Shown here: positions 1 to 12,865 of the stretch, one piece after another | Numbering within the stretch: the stretch's first letter is position 1 | How the letters are laid out: every line of letters begins with the position of its first letter | NCBI RefSeq assembly: GCF_018977255.1 | Contig: NW_024704743.1 | Coordinates: forward strand, 46,006,001 to 46,070,000 | Direction: 5' to 3' | DNA from: Callorhinchus milii | Lineage: Eukaryota | Length of the DNA stretch: 64,000 nt | Translations under genes and position numbers: made by a program | Notes under the pieces: model-generated | Told to the model about the DNA's origin: nothing | The model's input: the letters and a program-made list of their open reading frames with translations, nothing else | Database searches by the model: none

Positions 1-482
1 TATAAAGGTAATAAAGACATGCATGAGGTGTTAGGTGGTGTCTGGTGTGAGATAGGGCAAAAGTGAGCAATGTGAGAAAGATAAAAACAAATTATACTGG
101 TCCCAGATGCTCAATACACAAAATCACACCTCGTCCCCAAGATGCAATCACCTCTGTCACCGCGACTCTCATCCATCCAAAACACTCAAGACACCCACAC
201 AGTCCCTCTCACTTATAATCGCACAAAAACACCCACACCCATTGACCTTCGTCTCACACATTCAACAAACTGTTTCACCTGGATTATGCTCACTGAATAA
301 ATAATGAATGACACAGGCGCCACTTTGGCTCAGTTGAAGGCACTTCTGGATTAGAAGGTTATGGGGTACAGTGGTGTCTGGTGTGAGACAGGGCAGAGGT
401 GAGCAATGTGGCAAAGATAAAAATAAATTATACTGGTCCCAGATGCGCAATACACAAAACCACACCTAGTCCCCGAGATGTA

Positions 483-820
483 GAGTCCTGTAGCTCTGTG
501 GTTAGAGCGCTCGCCTCGCAAGAGACTACCTGGGCTTGATTCCTGGTAGGGCAAAACGTTGGGCACATTTCATTACTCCGCATACCTGTTTACCTCGCAG
601 TAAGTAGGAACCCGGTTGTTAGTCGATTGGCTGATTGCTTTTCCAGAGGTAATAATTCCTTCAAAAAAATTGTTTACTTCAATCCATGACTGTTTGTGGG
701 ACACTGCTGTGCACAATTGGCTGCCACGTTTCACCCACAAAATATACAGTCAATTCACTTTACAGTATATTCTGTGAAGCACTTTGATACATCAAGGACG
801 TGATAAAGCGCTATCTCAAA
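483..820 (+). mobile_element. tRNA-headed SINE with L2-type tail (older copy)
   Basis: Head GAGTCCTGTAGCTCTGTGGTTAGAGC with a degenerate B box, body CAGTCAATTCACTTTACAG, tail GTGAAGCACTTTG...GCGCTATCTCAAA. Confidence 0.9.
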
Positions 821-944
821 GGAATACACATTGAGATTGAAATTAATAATTGCACTCCAGAAAGGTTCTGGGTAAGCAACATTGCAAGTGTCAGAGTTGC
901 TGTCCTTCAGATTGATCATTAAAAACAAACTGTATCTTCTTGCA

Positions 945-1320
945 CCACTGGCTCCCCATCACCAAATGGATCTACTTAAAGATCCTCACACTTGTGTTCA
1001 AATCCCTTCACTCCCTGGCACCTCGCTCTCCGACCTCCTCACTTCCCAATACACCACCCAGCACCACCATTTGACTGGCACCGGCCTCCTTCTTGTCCAT
1101 CACACCCTCCGCTCCACCAGTAGCGGTTGCGCATTCAGCAGCTACGCCCCAAAACTCTGGAACAGTCTCCTTCAACCCCTCCACTTTGCCTCCTCTCCCC
1201 CCTTTTTCCAAGTCCCGCCTGAAAACCTTCCTTTTTGACCGTGCTTGTGGTCACGTCCCCTGCCCAACTCGGACTTGACTTCACAGATGATATATCAAAT
1301 GCAAGCTAAATTAATTTGCC
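945..1320 (+). mobile_element. L2 LINE 3' fragment
   Basis: HWLP...GCAFSSYAPKLWNSL...FKSRLKTFLFDRA C-terminal ORF2 motifs. Confidence 0.85.
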
Positions 1321-1865
1321 AACAGATCACGGAGTTGCGTAAGAGCTGAAGTTAAAATAAAACAATGGACTCTATATTAATTGATAAAATAATGGACTCT
1401 GCATCCAAAGGTATTGAACCATTGCTTTGAACCTGAACAACTATCATTGCAAGCTTCGACTTGACTCAAACTTTACTACTCTAAATATGGCTCATAAATT
1501 ACTTCTGCTAAACCGTAACAAACAGGTTGTTCTAAGTGGTTGATTTCACCACCTCAGTGATTCAATTAAACAAAACGTAAACTGTCTGAAAACTGGCTAT
1601 TTCCAACATGGACAAGATTATATATATGGTTTGCATATAAAGCATTTGCAACAATTCAACCAATAATGGGCTTAATTAGCCAGAAAGGAGAATGTGAGTG
1701 TGAAGGAATATGTGCTTCATTTCTGCTTTAATTTGGTTGCTTTCAATATTGTGCAACAACAGCAGTAAGTTACATTTATATAGGGCCCTCCACACGGGGG
1801 TAGCAACTCGGCGCAAAGCGGAGTGCAAACCAGTGAATGTCAGCTTCGGTGCCACATGCACTCAC

Positions 1866-1926
1866 TGACAAATTGCTCCAAATTTTCAAACAGTATCTTT
1901 CTTTCTTCACCCTCCATTTTCTTTTT
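1866..1926 (-). CDS. Possible next AZI2 exon (poorly conserved linker)
   Basis: gtcctcag|KKKMEGEERKILFENLEQFV+A|gtgagt; open in phase 0 with a strong donor, but I see no recognisable homology and cannot confirm the downstream phase. Confidence 0.3.
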
Positions 1927-2705
1927 CTGAGGACATGTACATCCCATGAGAACAGACCATCGATTGCTTTCATACTGCCGCTGATGGCTACAAGTCCATA
2001 AAATAGATAAGTCCATTGAGAACCAAATTTGACACCAAATTGTTTTGTAGTGGCATTTTTGCCTTTTTTAGTGTCATAAAATGGGTACATGCAAAAAAGA
2101 AGAGGGGCGGGTGGTGTGCAGGAGGTTGGAAGAAAAATAAAATAAATAAAAAAATAAATAAAACACGTTCTCAATTCCTCTGCCCTGCCCCCTCCTTCCA
2201 CATATTCAGCATGTGCCTGAAGACCTTTCTCTTCGACTGTGCTTACGGTCACCCCCCTCCGGCTGGGCATTGCGCTATGTCACCGTAACCCACTCTGAGA
2301 CGCTATCCTACGTGAGGGGTACTACATACATGCAAGTTGCTGTTGACGAATTGCTGAGTTCTTATTGCGGGCGGCACCTAAATCATTAACCAACTGTGCA
2401 TTTGCAATATTTTGATTTCTTTATTTTAGTTGATGTAATATTGTGGTTTGATATGGGAAGGTCATTGGACAAATGAAGTCAAATAATTATATAGTTTTGG
2501 GGCTGACATGAAGCACTGGCCGAGTGTCCCATACCGACGTAGGGAAAAAGAATGTTACCAAAACAAGTTAAATCATCAACGCTCAAAGCGTTGCAAATCA
2601 AAACATTTTTGGATCGAGTAAAACTGCTCTAACGAAAAGGAAACAGATTTGTATACAGTATAAAAATAAGATTGCCTGCGTTTCCATGGAGTACTAGAAG
2701 GACTG

Positions 2706-2723
2706 GGTCGCCATCTAGTGGAC
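2706..2723 (-). promoter_or_regulatory. CTCF-like motif
   Basis: Minus strand GTCCACTAGATGGCGACC fits the CTCF core CCASYAGRKGGCR. Confidence 0.5.
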
Positions 2724-3040
2724 AAATGTGGTTAAAACAGTTACAATTTGTTTCAAGTGACACAAACGTAAAATTATTTTGTAACACATTTTGGCAGGTA
2801 TATGCAAACCTATTACTTTCTCTCAAGAACTGATACAGCATATGAGCACGAAACAAGCTTTTTTCAATCTTTGATGTGACATTGTTCTACATTTGCTCCA
2901 GAATTTGTTGACTACCATATTTCAAAGAAACCATCAACACCCTCAGTAAGTAAGAGCATTTCAAAGGTTGAACAGGGAGAAGGAGCTTAGCTTTGAAAGC
3001 TTACTGGAAAACAAATCTGAAAGTTAAACAGGAGTCTTAC

Positions 3041-3189
3041 CTTCAATTTGCAATTCTGCAGCTCCACTCTTAGGGAATTGCATTCCCATTTAAAAACCTC
3101 CAACTCTTGCTTGAGAGCATGCACCATCGATTCGTTAATTGCTTTCTCCTTGTCCCATGAATTCTGAGTTCTGTGCAGAGAGTCCATCA
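3041..3189 (-). CDS. AZI2: AZI2 coding exon
   Basis: tttgctattgggtag|(V)MDSLHRTQNSWDKEKAINESMVHALKQELEVFKWECNSLRVELQNCKLK|gtaaga; 149 nt, phase 1-0, in frame with the previous exon. Confidence 0.9.
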
Positions 3190-3525
3190 CTACCCAATAG
3201 CAAAAATAAACACACCATAAAACATGGTTTCTCTGTCAAAACTTCAGATATATATTTCACCCACAAAATATAGTCAATTCACTTTACAGAATATTCTGTG
3301 AAGCACTTTGAGACATTTCGAAGATGTGATCAGGTGCTATATCAAATGCAAGAATTATTATTATTATAATATCAAGGATCCTTTTCAATAATGCATCAGA
3401 TCTGCATGCATCAATAATTAAATCATTTTATCAGAAACATTTGATTTAAATTCTATCATTAGATTTCACCGCCAATTTTTTTTCAAAACAATATATCAGC
3501 CGATGCAGTGAATTAGGTTGTGTAC

Positions 3526-3625
3526 CTTGATGAGTTTCAACTTCACTTCGGAGTTGAAGAACCTCTACTTCTTTGGCCTGTAGAGTTTCATTCAGAATTC
3601 TCACAGAATCCATCTGCTCCTGGAT
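3526..3625 (-). CDS. AZI2: AZI2 coding exon
   Basis: tattttgcaaag|IQEQMDSVRILNETLQAKEVEVLQLRSEVETHQ+G|gtacac; 100 nt, phase 0-1; resembles AZI2 LNEQLQSKEVELLQLRTEVETQQ. Confidence 0.92.
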
Positions 3626-3734
3626 CTTTGCAAAATACACAACATGTTCTGTCAATAACATGCAACAGAGAATAAAAAAAACAACATGCCTTAACTAACT
3701 CTTCCAGGAGCCATAGCTATAGAAATATAGTCAT

Positions 3735-4180
3735 CCGCAATGGCTCAGTGAGTTTATCCAGTGAGTAGCCGAGTCAAACAGACTAGGAAGAACCGAGATT
3801 CTATTTCCTGCCTGTACTGCAATAGCTGATCTCAGCGAGATGGCATTAAGGGGAAGTTTAGAGATTATCTCAGCAGCCTCAGATTGGGCAAAGGAAACAC
3901 AACTTGGATTCCTTGTTCTGATCACGATCGACCAACCGCTCCCTGCTGGAGGTACATCTTTGTAGATGTCGAGAAGGGAGCTCAAGGTTGCCCTACACGC
4001 CTCCACAGATAAACAGCTTGCCAACACTCACTGTCCAGGCTCCTACAAGAACAATGACGTTCATGCACGGTATTCCTGTCTATTGGAATGCAGTTCCATG
4101 TTGCTCTGGTACACAAGGAACCACATTCCTGTAGACACAGTTGTCCAAAATCGGTGAAAAAAGATGAGAAGTTCCACACA
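3735..4180 (+). mobile_element. Old interspersed repeat with a tRNA-like head (probable ancient SINE)
   Basis: TGGCTCAGTGAG A-box-like start and a body (GCTGATCTCAGC...CACTCACTGTCCAGGCTC) resembling a chondrichthyan SINE from memory; only one copy in the window. Confidence 0.45.
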
Positions 4181-4498
4181 CTGATTGGAAGTAGACCTCA
4201 CTGGCCCAACTAGAAGCTAAGGAACACCTGCACTACATTGTAGATATAGGCCTAACTATATAGCAGAACACAAAATGTCATACCAAGCCTAATTTTAATT
4301 GATATTAAAATATATTCTTGTGGACACTGTAGCACCTGGATTTTTATCCTGGACACTTATTGCAAGCTTGCGAGGACGTGCTGAAGATTAATCTAAATTT
4401 CAAGACCATATAATGGAATGCTGTTTATTTGTATAGGTCTCTGAACCGGAAGCTCGGATGCATGACCTTCAAAATACTGGTAAAAACACTGGTTGTGT

Positions 4499-4820
4499 TG
4501 GAGTCCTGTAGCTCAGTGGTTAGAGCACTCGCTTTGCAAGCGAGAGACCTGAGTTCAATTCCAGGCAGAGGGCGAAACCTTGGGCAAGTTTCCTTACTCC
4601 ACACGCCTAATAATAATCCCTCCAAAACCAAAAACAATAATAAATTGGTCATTTTCAATCTACGACTGTTTGTGGGACATTGCTGTGCGCAATTGGCTGC
4701 CGCGTTCGCCCACAAATATACAGTCAATTCACTTTACAGTGTGTTCTGTGAAGCGCTTTGGGACGTCCTCCCGACGTGAAAAGCGCTATATCAAATGCAA
4801 GGATTATTAGGATTATTATT
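4499..4820 (+). mobile_element. tRNA-headed SINE, young subfamily
   Basis: A box TAGCTCAGTGG, B box GAGTTCAATTCC, tail GGACGTCCTCCCGACGTGAAAAGCGCTATATCAAATGCAAGGATTATT; near-identical to the copies at 9757 and 60083. Confidence 0.95.
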
Positions 4821-5850
4821 GTATGAGGTTTCTACGGAAACTCTGATAATTGCTAAGAAATGCTAAGAACATCACAGCCTACTTGGGACCTGCCAACAAA
4901 AATACTGTAGTGTGCATGTGCAAAGTTTCTAAAGAAGCTAACAATACAAAGTTGTGCACGTGATTGATGGGAACTTGATGTCTCCTCCACAATACTAATA
5001 ACCTTCCACACGTGTATGTGCACAACTTCATACAAATATTGTTTTGCTGCTATCGATGATGTCTTAACATTTTTACATTACAGTTTACAGTTAGAGATGG
5101 ATATATTGTAGAGAAAGAGATAGATTGTAGGAGGGACTCAAAGAGAGAGAGATAGAGAGGCAAAGCAAGAAAAAAAGTGAATGATGAGAGTCAGAGAGAG
5201 TGGCAGAGACACACAGATGAGAGAGAGAGAGAAGGGCTGTTACAATGTGGTACTACAGTACAATTCTTGATGGAATTTTTTAAAGTAAGTTCAGTAGCCA
5301 ATTTGTTTTTTAGGTGATGTCCAATTACTGGCTTACCGGACTGTGGGTATCCGGAAATCGTAGCTAGTCAGATGGGGCTGAAATGGGACATTTTTTTTTA
5401 ATTCCGTGGGGCCCATGGTGTGTAAAATGCCAGTGATCTCACTCTCCAAGTATGTGCCCTGCCTCACAGTGCTCGCTGGCCTTCAGTGGCCAGACAGGGA
5501 TATTGACTTTTGACTCAGTTTGAACTCCGGGAGCATAAGATAGCTTGTTCAAACAATCGCAATGCCGGGACCAGCATTTACTGGCATTTTTCGACACTGA
5601 AAAAAGTCAGTGTCAAAAAAAAGCTGGTAAAAATCTGTACTGGCATTGCAATTACACTGAATAAGAAATTCCGGTTGCTGGACCAAATGTCCTCGCCACT
5701 GGTCCAGCCAATTGAGGTCTTAATGTAACTGCAATGTCTGCACATCTGGAAAAATATTATAAATGAGTTTCTCTTTCGCTTTTACATCAACCACGTTAAA
5801 AACTTCAACTTCTTGGTGTATATCCTCACAGCTCAATAAATGATAGATAC

Positions 5851-5976
5851 CATTTTTTCCAGTTTCTGTTTCATCTTATCTCTCTCAATACGGACTTCCC
5901 GATAGGCCTGGAAAGCTTTATTCACTTGTTCATCTCCCAGTGATCTTTTTTCATTGTCAACAGAAGTGCTGAGAAG
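5851..5976 (-). CDS. AZI2: AZI2 coding exon (coiled coil)
   Basis: ttctatatctttag|LLSTSVDNEKRSLGDEQVNKAFQAYREVRIERDKMKQKLEKM|gtatct; 126 nt, phase 0-0; resembles AZI2 EQVNKAYHAYREVCIDRDNLKSKLDKM. Confidence 0.93.
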
Positions 5977-6271
5977 CTAAAGATATAGAAAAAAAACACT
6001 TTAGAAAAAAGAGACACTTTTCTTTTGGGCAGTAATTCATTTACTAATTCTTACATTTAAGCGCTCCAAGTGAAGGGTGCAAGAGGGGGAGGGTCTGTAC
6101 ACCGTTGCCTCAAGAACAATCACAAAATTATGAAAAATATGACTGCACCCAATGGAGTGCAGTACAATAGTGTAACTTGCATCAGAAAATGCAACACTGA
6201 CTTTAAAATGAGCTACTAAAATGGCATAAAAGAAATACAAGAAATGATACAGGTTAACAGAAACAGGCTAC

Positions 6272-6499
6272 CCTTCCTTCCAAGGACCGGGCTCGTTTCT
6301 TCAGAGCAGAATTTTCGTTTTCCGTTTCCTTCAGTCGTTTTTTAATGTCTTCGTATGCTGTGACAAGTGCAAAATGGGAAGCAACGGATTCATCTCCTGA
6401 AGAAGTTGCAATTGGGCTATCCCTGAAGTGTACTGCCTCAGGGCTTGCTTCTTCGTGGTTCAGAATAGAGATATCATCTTCCACAAGTAACCCTTCCAT
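6272..6499 (-). CDS. AZI2: AZI2 (NAP1, TBK1/IKKe adaptor) first coding exon; full exon about 6272-6563 including 64 nt of 5'UTR
   Basis: Translates MEGLLVEDDISILNHEEASPEAVHFRDSPIATSSGDESVASHFALVTAYEDIKKRLKETENENSALKKRARSLEGR, carrying the AZI2/TBKBP1-family motif EDDIxILNHE...GDESVASHFALVTAYEDIKKRL. Polypyrimidine acceptor ...tttttaccag before 6563; GT donor at 6271-6270 (phase 0). Confidence 0.95.
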
Positions 6500-9400
6500 G
6501 ATCAATGTTTCATGGAAACGATATCTCTGCCGCCAGCCGGGCTACACAGGCTACTTATCAAAGCTGGTAAAAACAAAAAGAACAAAAAACACAGAAAATT
6601 ATTTTTTAGCAGGATTAATTCACCACACAATAATTACAAAACAAGCCGTACAGAAAATACAAGAGAGGTAAAAAAGAGAAAAGGCCAAATGCATTTAGTC
6701 AGTGTTATCCTCTTCCTACATTGTTCCCAAACCTCTCTCTGCTGAATCAGCAATCTGTCTTATTTTCAAGACAGAACTTATTTCTCTCACAACAAACAGT
6801 ATAGTAACAGGTACATTCTCCTCGCTCTATGAGTTGGGCATCTCAACTGCACTTTTGTAGGTGTCTGCTAAGCCCACGAAGGGGGTGAAAGAGTACCACC
6901 AAAATTAAAATCTCTGAAATACTTATCACAGATCCAAAATCAAGTGGATCTAAAGTCCTATCTCCACCTGATGACTATAGACGCACACTTCTGCTATGTA
7001 TAGTTTTAAATGTAGTATGTTGCTAATATAATACGAATCCAGAAGATCAAGCTCGGCCTGGGATCATTTTATAATGTGCATATGCTATCCGTAGCAACGA
7101 CAAATTAATTATTCCAAACTAAAGTCTCTGAGCAATTAGTTTTTGCTGCCAAAGCTGTCAGAGATCAACCAAATAAATACACTCGACACGACCTGAAACA
7201 CACCCATTTATCCAGAAATGTGTTCATTGTCTTTCACATCTTAAAGTAGGATTGACCTCTTCAACAGTCAATAGGCCATCAGATTGCAAAAGTGGCTATT
7301 GGTAAACACAGCAGATGGGTTTACAAAGGAAAACACAACGGCTGCAGCAGATTAGGCCCCAACGTCACACGCAATACTATTCTTATAATATCGTTTATCT
7401 GTCAACGAGTCTGGGGGAGGTACAGAGCGAAGGGGCAAGATCTGGTATAGGAAACATCAGTCTGAAGTCACACACAGCACAACACGGTGTTAAACAGTTG
7501 GATTCAGCAGCTCTCAATTGTCAGAAACCACGTCAATAGGCCCTCTCTATTTAGAGTCCATACTCAGCTCTTTGCAAAACCAGTTTCATCGATTAAAGAG
7601 CAGAATGAAAGTGCTACAGTCACTTAGACCATTGTGATATTCCAGCAGTTTCTGAATAACTAACTACAGGCATATGACTGTCAATGGATATAAAATACTC
7701 TGACAAAATGCCGTTGAGTCAGCATTAACGGGTGGAATTTTTTAAAATCTGTTTAGTCATTGGGATGTCCATAATCCTGAAACAAAAGAAATCTACATAA
7801 ACCTCAACGTGAATAATAATAATAATTCTTGCATTTAATACAGTGTCTTATCAAGTCTTCGATGCATCTCAAAGCACTTCACGGAATATACTGTAAAGTG
7901 TAGTGACTGTACTTTGTGGGCAAAATGCAGCAGCTAATTGCGCACATCTGTGTCCCACAAACAGTTGTGGATTGAGTGACCAAATTATCATTATTTTTTT
8001 TGAAGGAATTATTACTGGCCATTTATTCCATTGGAATTAAGTTATTTTTATTTTTAAAAAATAATAAAACAATGTTCCACAATATTTTTAAAACCGATCA
8101 TTGTCTTCTTTGCCTTCACTGAATCTTTCTCAGCTGAAATCCCTATGACGTAATGTTTAAATCATCGTTCAACCTAATATTCTCTATAATCATAACACAG
8201 GTTAAGATTTGAAGCATACAATTTGGGGACTGAAATCATGCCAATGGATACATGGTGAGTTACTATCCAACCATGTTTCCACGAGGAAAGATCAAGCAGA
8301 AGATAGACACTTCCATACAGGCAACAAGTAAAGCACTTCTCGTGGGCTGCCAGAATGGCAATGATAAATATCTTGCAGCAGGTTACTGCCATCAGCTTGT
8401 AATAACACTGAAGTCCAAGTGAATAGGGGTCAAAAGAGCAACTCTTATTTAAAAATACTATTACTCTACATTTTCACATCAAAAAAATAAAAGCGTAACC
8501 TCTTTCTGCTGCTTCTCCAGACTGTACATATTTCCCAAATCAAATGGACAGGAAAGTGATGTTTCTCTGCTTATTAAATTCTGATTTAATCATTGGGCAT
8601 TAAGCTACAACCAGGGTGATTTGTTTTGATGTTCCTCCCATCCTTGCGATCTATGCTATAGATCGTATCATTAGCACTTTAGCATAGTTAAAGTTTTGAA
8701 GAAATTTATACTGAGAAGGACGAGTAAAAGAGATCATCATAGACTTATACAGCACAAAATGGAGGCCAATCAGCCCATTCTGTCTGCGCCGGCTCTTCGA
8801 AAAGCGCATCCAAATCAATCCCACCCCTCCGCATTCTCCCCATAGCCCTGAAAACTTGTCCTCCCCGTGTTTTGAGAATATTATCCAAAGGCGCAAATAA
8901 ATTAGGTTTTTAAAGGAGGTTTTTGAAAGCAGGGATTTATGGTACAAGGTGAAAGGATTTGGGGTGAAAGTTCCAGAGAATGTGGACAGACACCGTGTCT
9001 GAAAGCTCCTCTTTCAATAATAGGATGAAGCAATGGACGAGCAGTTGGCCCAATTGGGGAAAATGAAGTGACATGCAGGACCACTGGACTTGAGGAGACT
9101 GCGTCAATCTCGGAAGTAGGATGCGGCGAGAGGACAAGGACTTGGAACTTCAAGACGAGGATTTTGCAACTTGGATAAGGGTTTCAGACTGCACTGAGGA
9201 TGAAATAGGGACACAGGTGAGTAATGTTCTGAAAATAAATTAAGTGCTTTTGCTCAAAGAAAGATCTACGATTTGAGAACCAGGTGTAGTCCTTGAACTG
9301 GATCTGATCTTGAAGTGCAATGCACTGGCACACTATGAATTTGCCTGCTACTGTAAGCGATGATGGACAATTTATTATTAGCTGATTACAATGAAAACAA

Positions 9401-9756
9401 TCTAAATTCTACAAAATCGCCTTTTGGATCGAAACCGTCGCCGACCCAATGATTCTAATGAGTTGTGACATTGCAAAGATTATTCAGCATTGTTCAGGAC
9501 CGTGATATTTAATACAAGTAACTACTTTGTTTCACAAATAGTATGGGCCAGAGGTTCCCAAACATTTTATGTTCCTATGACCACCGCCCTCCCCAACCCT
9601 ACTCTTTGGAGATTCAAGTGCCACAGATCTCAGAAGCACATTGGCAGGTTCTCTCCCAGCCTCGTGCCACTCTCAGTAGCTGTGCATCTGCACTCTCACC
9701 TTGTTTCTGACCCGGTTGGTGCGCTCTCTCTTGCACTGTGAAAGCCGGTAACCATA

Positions 9757-10085
9757 TAATAATAATAATAATAATAATCCTTGCATTTGATATAGCGCTT
9801 TTCACGTCGGGAGGACGTCCCAAAGCGCTTCACAGAACACACTGTAAAGTGAATTGACTGTATATTTGTGGGCGAACGCGGCAGCCAATTGCGCACAGCA
9901 ATGTCCCACAAACAGTCGTAGATTGAAAATGACCAATTTATTATTGTTTTTGGTTTTGGAGGGATTATTATTAGGCTCTGTGTGGAGTAAGGAAACTTGC
10001 CCAAGGTTTCGCCCTCTGCCTGGAATTGAACTCAGGTCTCTCACTTGCAAAGCGAGTGCTCTAACCACTGAGCTACAGGACTCCA
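9757..10085 (-). mobile_element. tRNA-headed SINE, young subfamily
   Basis: Reverse complement of the 4499-4820 element, with a (TTA)n tail. Confidence 0.95.
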
Positions 10086-11902
10086 TATAAGCCAGCCAGA
10101 CTGGTTTAAAAACTAGCCAGGTGGCAATGCTAACGCACCCCCCCACCCCACCCCGATAACCGCGTCACATCCTCTCAGTGGAGCACACCCCACAGTTTGA
10201 AAACCCATATGGCATAGACATCAGAAATCTACTCATTCACATTTCTGGTTTCTCTTAAGCTACAGGTGGACTGAAATTCCAGTCAGCATTGCACACAGTA
10301 TCTTTTGACAATATCAGAAATTAATTTTCCTATTTATAATCATGCATCGCCAAAGACACTTTTTCCTGACCTCCCTTTCCCTGAATGCTGACTTCTTATG
10401 AAAGCTATTTTACCTTTACTTACTTAGACAGCAATAGTGCACATTACAAAAAAAAAACTTGGGAACAAAGTGAATTTCAAAATAAAAAAGATCAAAACTA
10501 ACCAATTGATATAGTCTCCGTACTATGATTACAAACAATAGTATGTTTTTCAATGTATTTTACAGTGCTTATGAACAGGACTATACTTCCACTTTCATTC
10601 ATAAGAACCCAAGAACATAAGAAATGCTCAATGAAAAAAAGACCAAAGTCCATCTAGTTCGCCTTCCACCTGCCTGGTGGTGGCTTGCACATATGTCATG
10701 AACTACCTATATATACTATAACTACTATATCCTAGAATATTATTTCCTAAAAGAAAACTATCTAATCAACATTTCCTGCTTCAACCACCTCCATCGGGAG
10801 CCTGCTCCATATTCAATCCTTGTTGTTCCCGTAAAGTGTATAGGTAACTTAGTACAAGTGGCTCAGAACAGAAAGTACAACAGGTGGAATAAAGAGTTAT
10901 ACCAGAGATAATGGTTATAAATTAATATCTCCATAGAGGATAGTAAAAGTGTAAATAGAACCTCAACAAAACTGTACTACAATAATCCGTGGCTAAAATT
11001 ATCACATGTTCAGCATTTGCACAATAAAATTTTTGCTTCAGTACTTTAACCATAAGGGTAAACCCAACAGAACGTATACGTCTGAATTTCTGTTGATAAG
11101 AGTGGTTTTCACGGCACACAAAGTGCATCAATCACACCCTATAGCTGTTTCCAGGAGTAACTGGCGGCTCAGTACAATGCAGCTTATCCATATCAGATGC
11201 AACTGGGTTCACAATTCTTCCGCTGTGAAATTCATATCCATATTTCGACAGGAATACCTCCTGCTGATTAAGTCACACAATTACATTAATAGCAAGAGCA
11301 CAGAGCCACCTGATGAACATATCATCATACACTTCTAACTAAAGGTCAATTCTATCCCATCATTTAAATACTACTGTTTTAATAGTCTTCCAGAATAACT
11401 TCCTCAAACATATCACTCTCATTTGCATAAAGTATATAATGATAGTGGAACAAGCTCTGCAGTACATTGATCAATACCACAGTCAATGCTGAACCACAGA
11501 CCATATTGCACACATACTTTGTGTATTTAACACTCAAAATAAATAGTAATGACATTACTACTAAAAGAGCTTGAAGCAATGTAAGATGGCTAGTGCCGCA
11601 ACTATTCTTGACGCAGAGAGCCTTTCAGGCAAAAACGCGACAATGTGGTAGACGCAAAATGGAAATAACATAACTGACACAGAAAGACATCTAAATATCC
11701 CATTTAGTTAACATATTATTTGGATCCAATAGTTCAGTTATACTGCACACTCTACTTCAATTTGGTATGTGTAGGAAGAGTTTAAACATAGGTCAGAGAG
11801 AAATCACCACTACAAAGTCATTCTGATAAAGTGATGCAAGTCGTAGGGCTGGAATTAGATTTCCGAATGTACATCACTTTCAATCTGGAGTAAATTTAAA
11901 TA

Positions 11903-12865
11903 ACAACAACTTGCATTTACATAGCACCCTTCACACGAGGTAACGTCTCGGAGTGCTTTACAGTGGTGGAGTCTGACCCCGAGTCAAGGGGAGAGGGAGG
12001 GGGGAGGTGACTGTAAACCCGATCAAAAAGGAAGGTCTTTAGGCAGGATTTGAAAGTGGGGAGGGATGGGGCAAGGCGAAGGGATTGAGGGAGAGAGTTC
12101 CAAGGTTTCGGGGCATAGTGGCTGAAGACACGGCCACCATTGGTGAAGTGGAGGCGACGAGGGACAAACAGGAGCCAGCCGAGCGGAGGCAGTGGGCGCT
12201 GGAGTGGGGACGTGAGCAGGTTAGAGAGGGAGGGAGGGAGGTGCGAGGTCATCAAGGGATTTGAAAACAAGTGAGAGGATCTTGAAATCGATCCGCTTGG
12301 TGATTAGAAGCCAGTGGAGCCTGGCAAGGACTGGTGTGTTTTATGTGGGTGCGTATCTGGGCGGCGGAGCGCTGAATTAGTTGTATTTTGTGTATGGCGG
12401 AGCTGGAATGGGGGACCAGCGAGGCGGCAACAGAACAAACCAGCCTGGAAGTGACAAAGGCATGGATGAGGGTTTCAGCTGCATCGGTTGTGATGTATAG
12501 ATGGAGACGGATACGCAATGTGGCAAAGCTGGAAAAAAGTAGTCAGGGAACAGATGTGGGGTAGAAAGGAAAGCTGGGGATCGAACCTGACGCCTTAGTT
12601 GCATCCGGGTTCAGTGAGTCTGAGGGAGAGCCTGGGGAGGTTGAAGAGTTCAGACTTATAGGAGAGAAGACATTGACAGGAACCAAAGACTTTCTGATAT
12701 TCAGCTGCAGGAAATTTACGCTCATCCAGGCTTTGATGTCCGCTGATAGGGCATCAGCAGACTGGGATTCGCAGCTGGAGAAGTAGATTTGGGCATCCTC
12801 GTACATGTGGAAGTTGACCCCAAGTTGATGGTTATAATGCTTAGAGCAAAGGAGATTTAGTGACA
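11903..12865 (-). mobile_element. L2 LINE 3' fragment (RT C-terminus and tail)
   Basis: GVNFHMYEDAQIY...DIKAWMSVNFLQLN...AETLIHAFVTSRL...YAPKPWNSLP...KTFLFDR; (TTG)n tail. Confidence 0.9.

Noticed and set aside
2676..2715. Possible AZI2 exon after ccactag acceptor
   Set aside because: In the required phase 0 it reads MATQSF-stop; the sequence is better explained as a CTCF-like motif.
4499..4575. tRNA gene-like sequences (also at 483, 10085, 41810, 44036, 48503, 55516, 60083)
   Set aside because: Each is the head of a SINE, continuing into the shared body and L2 tail; no proper acceptor stem or terminator.
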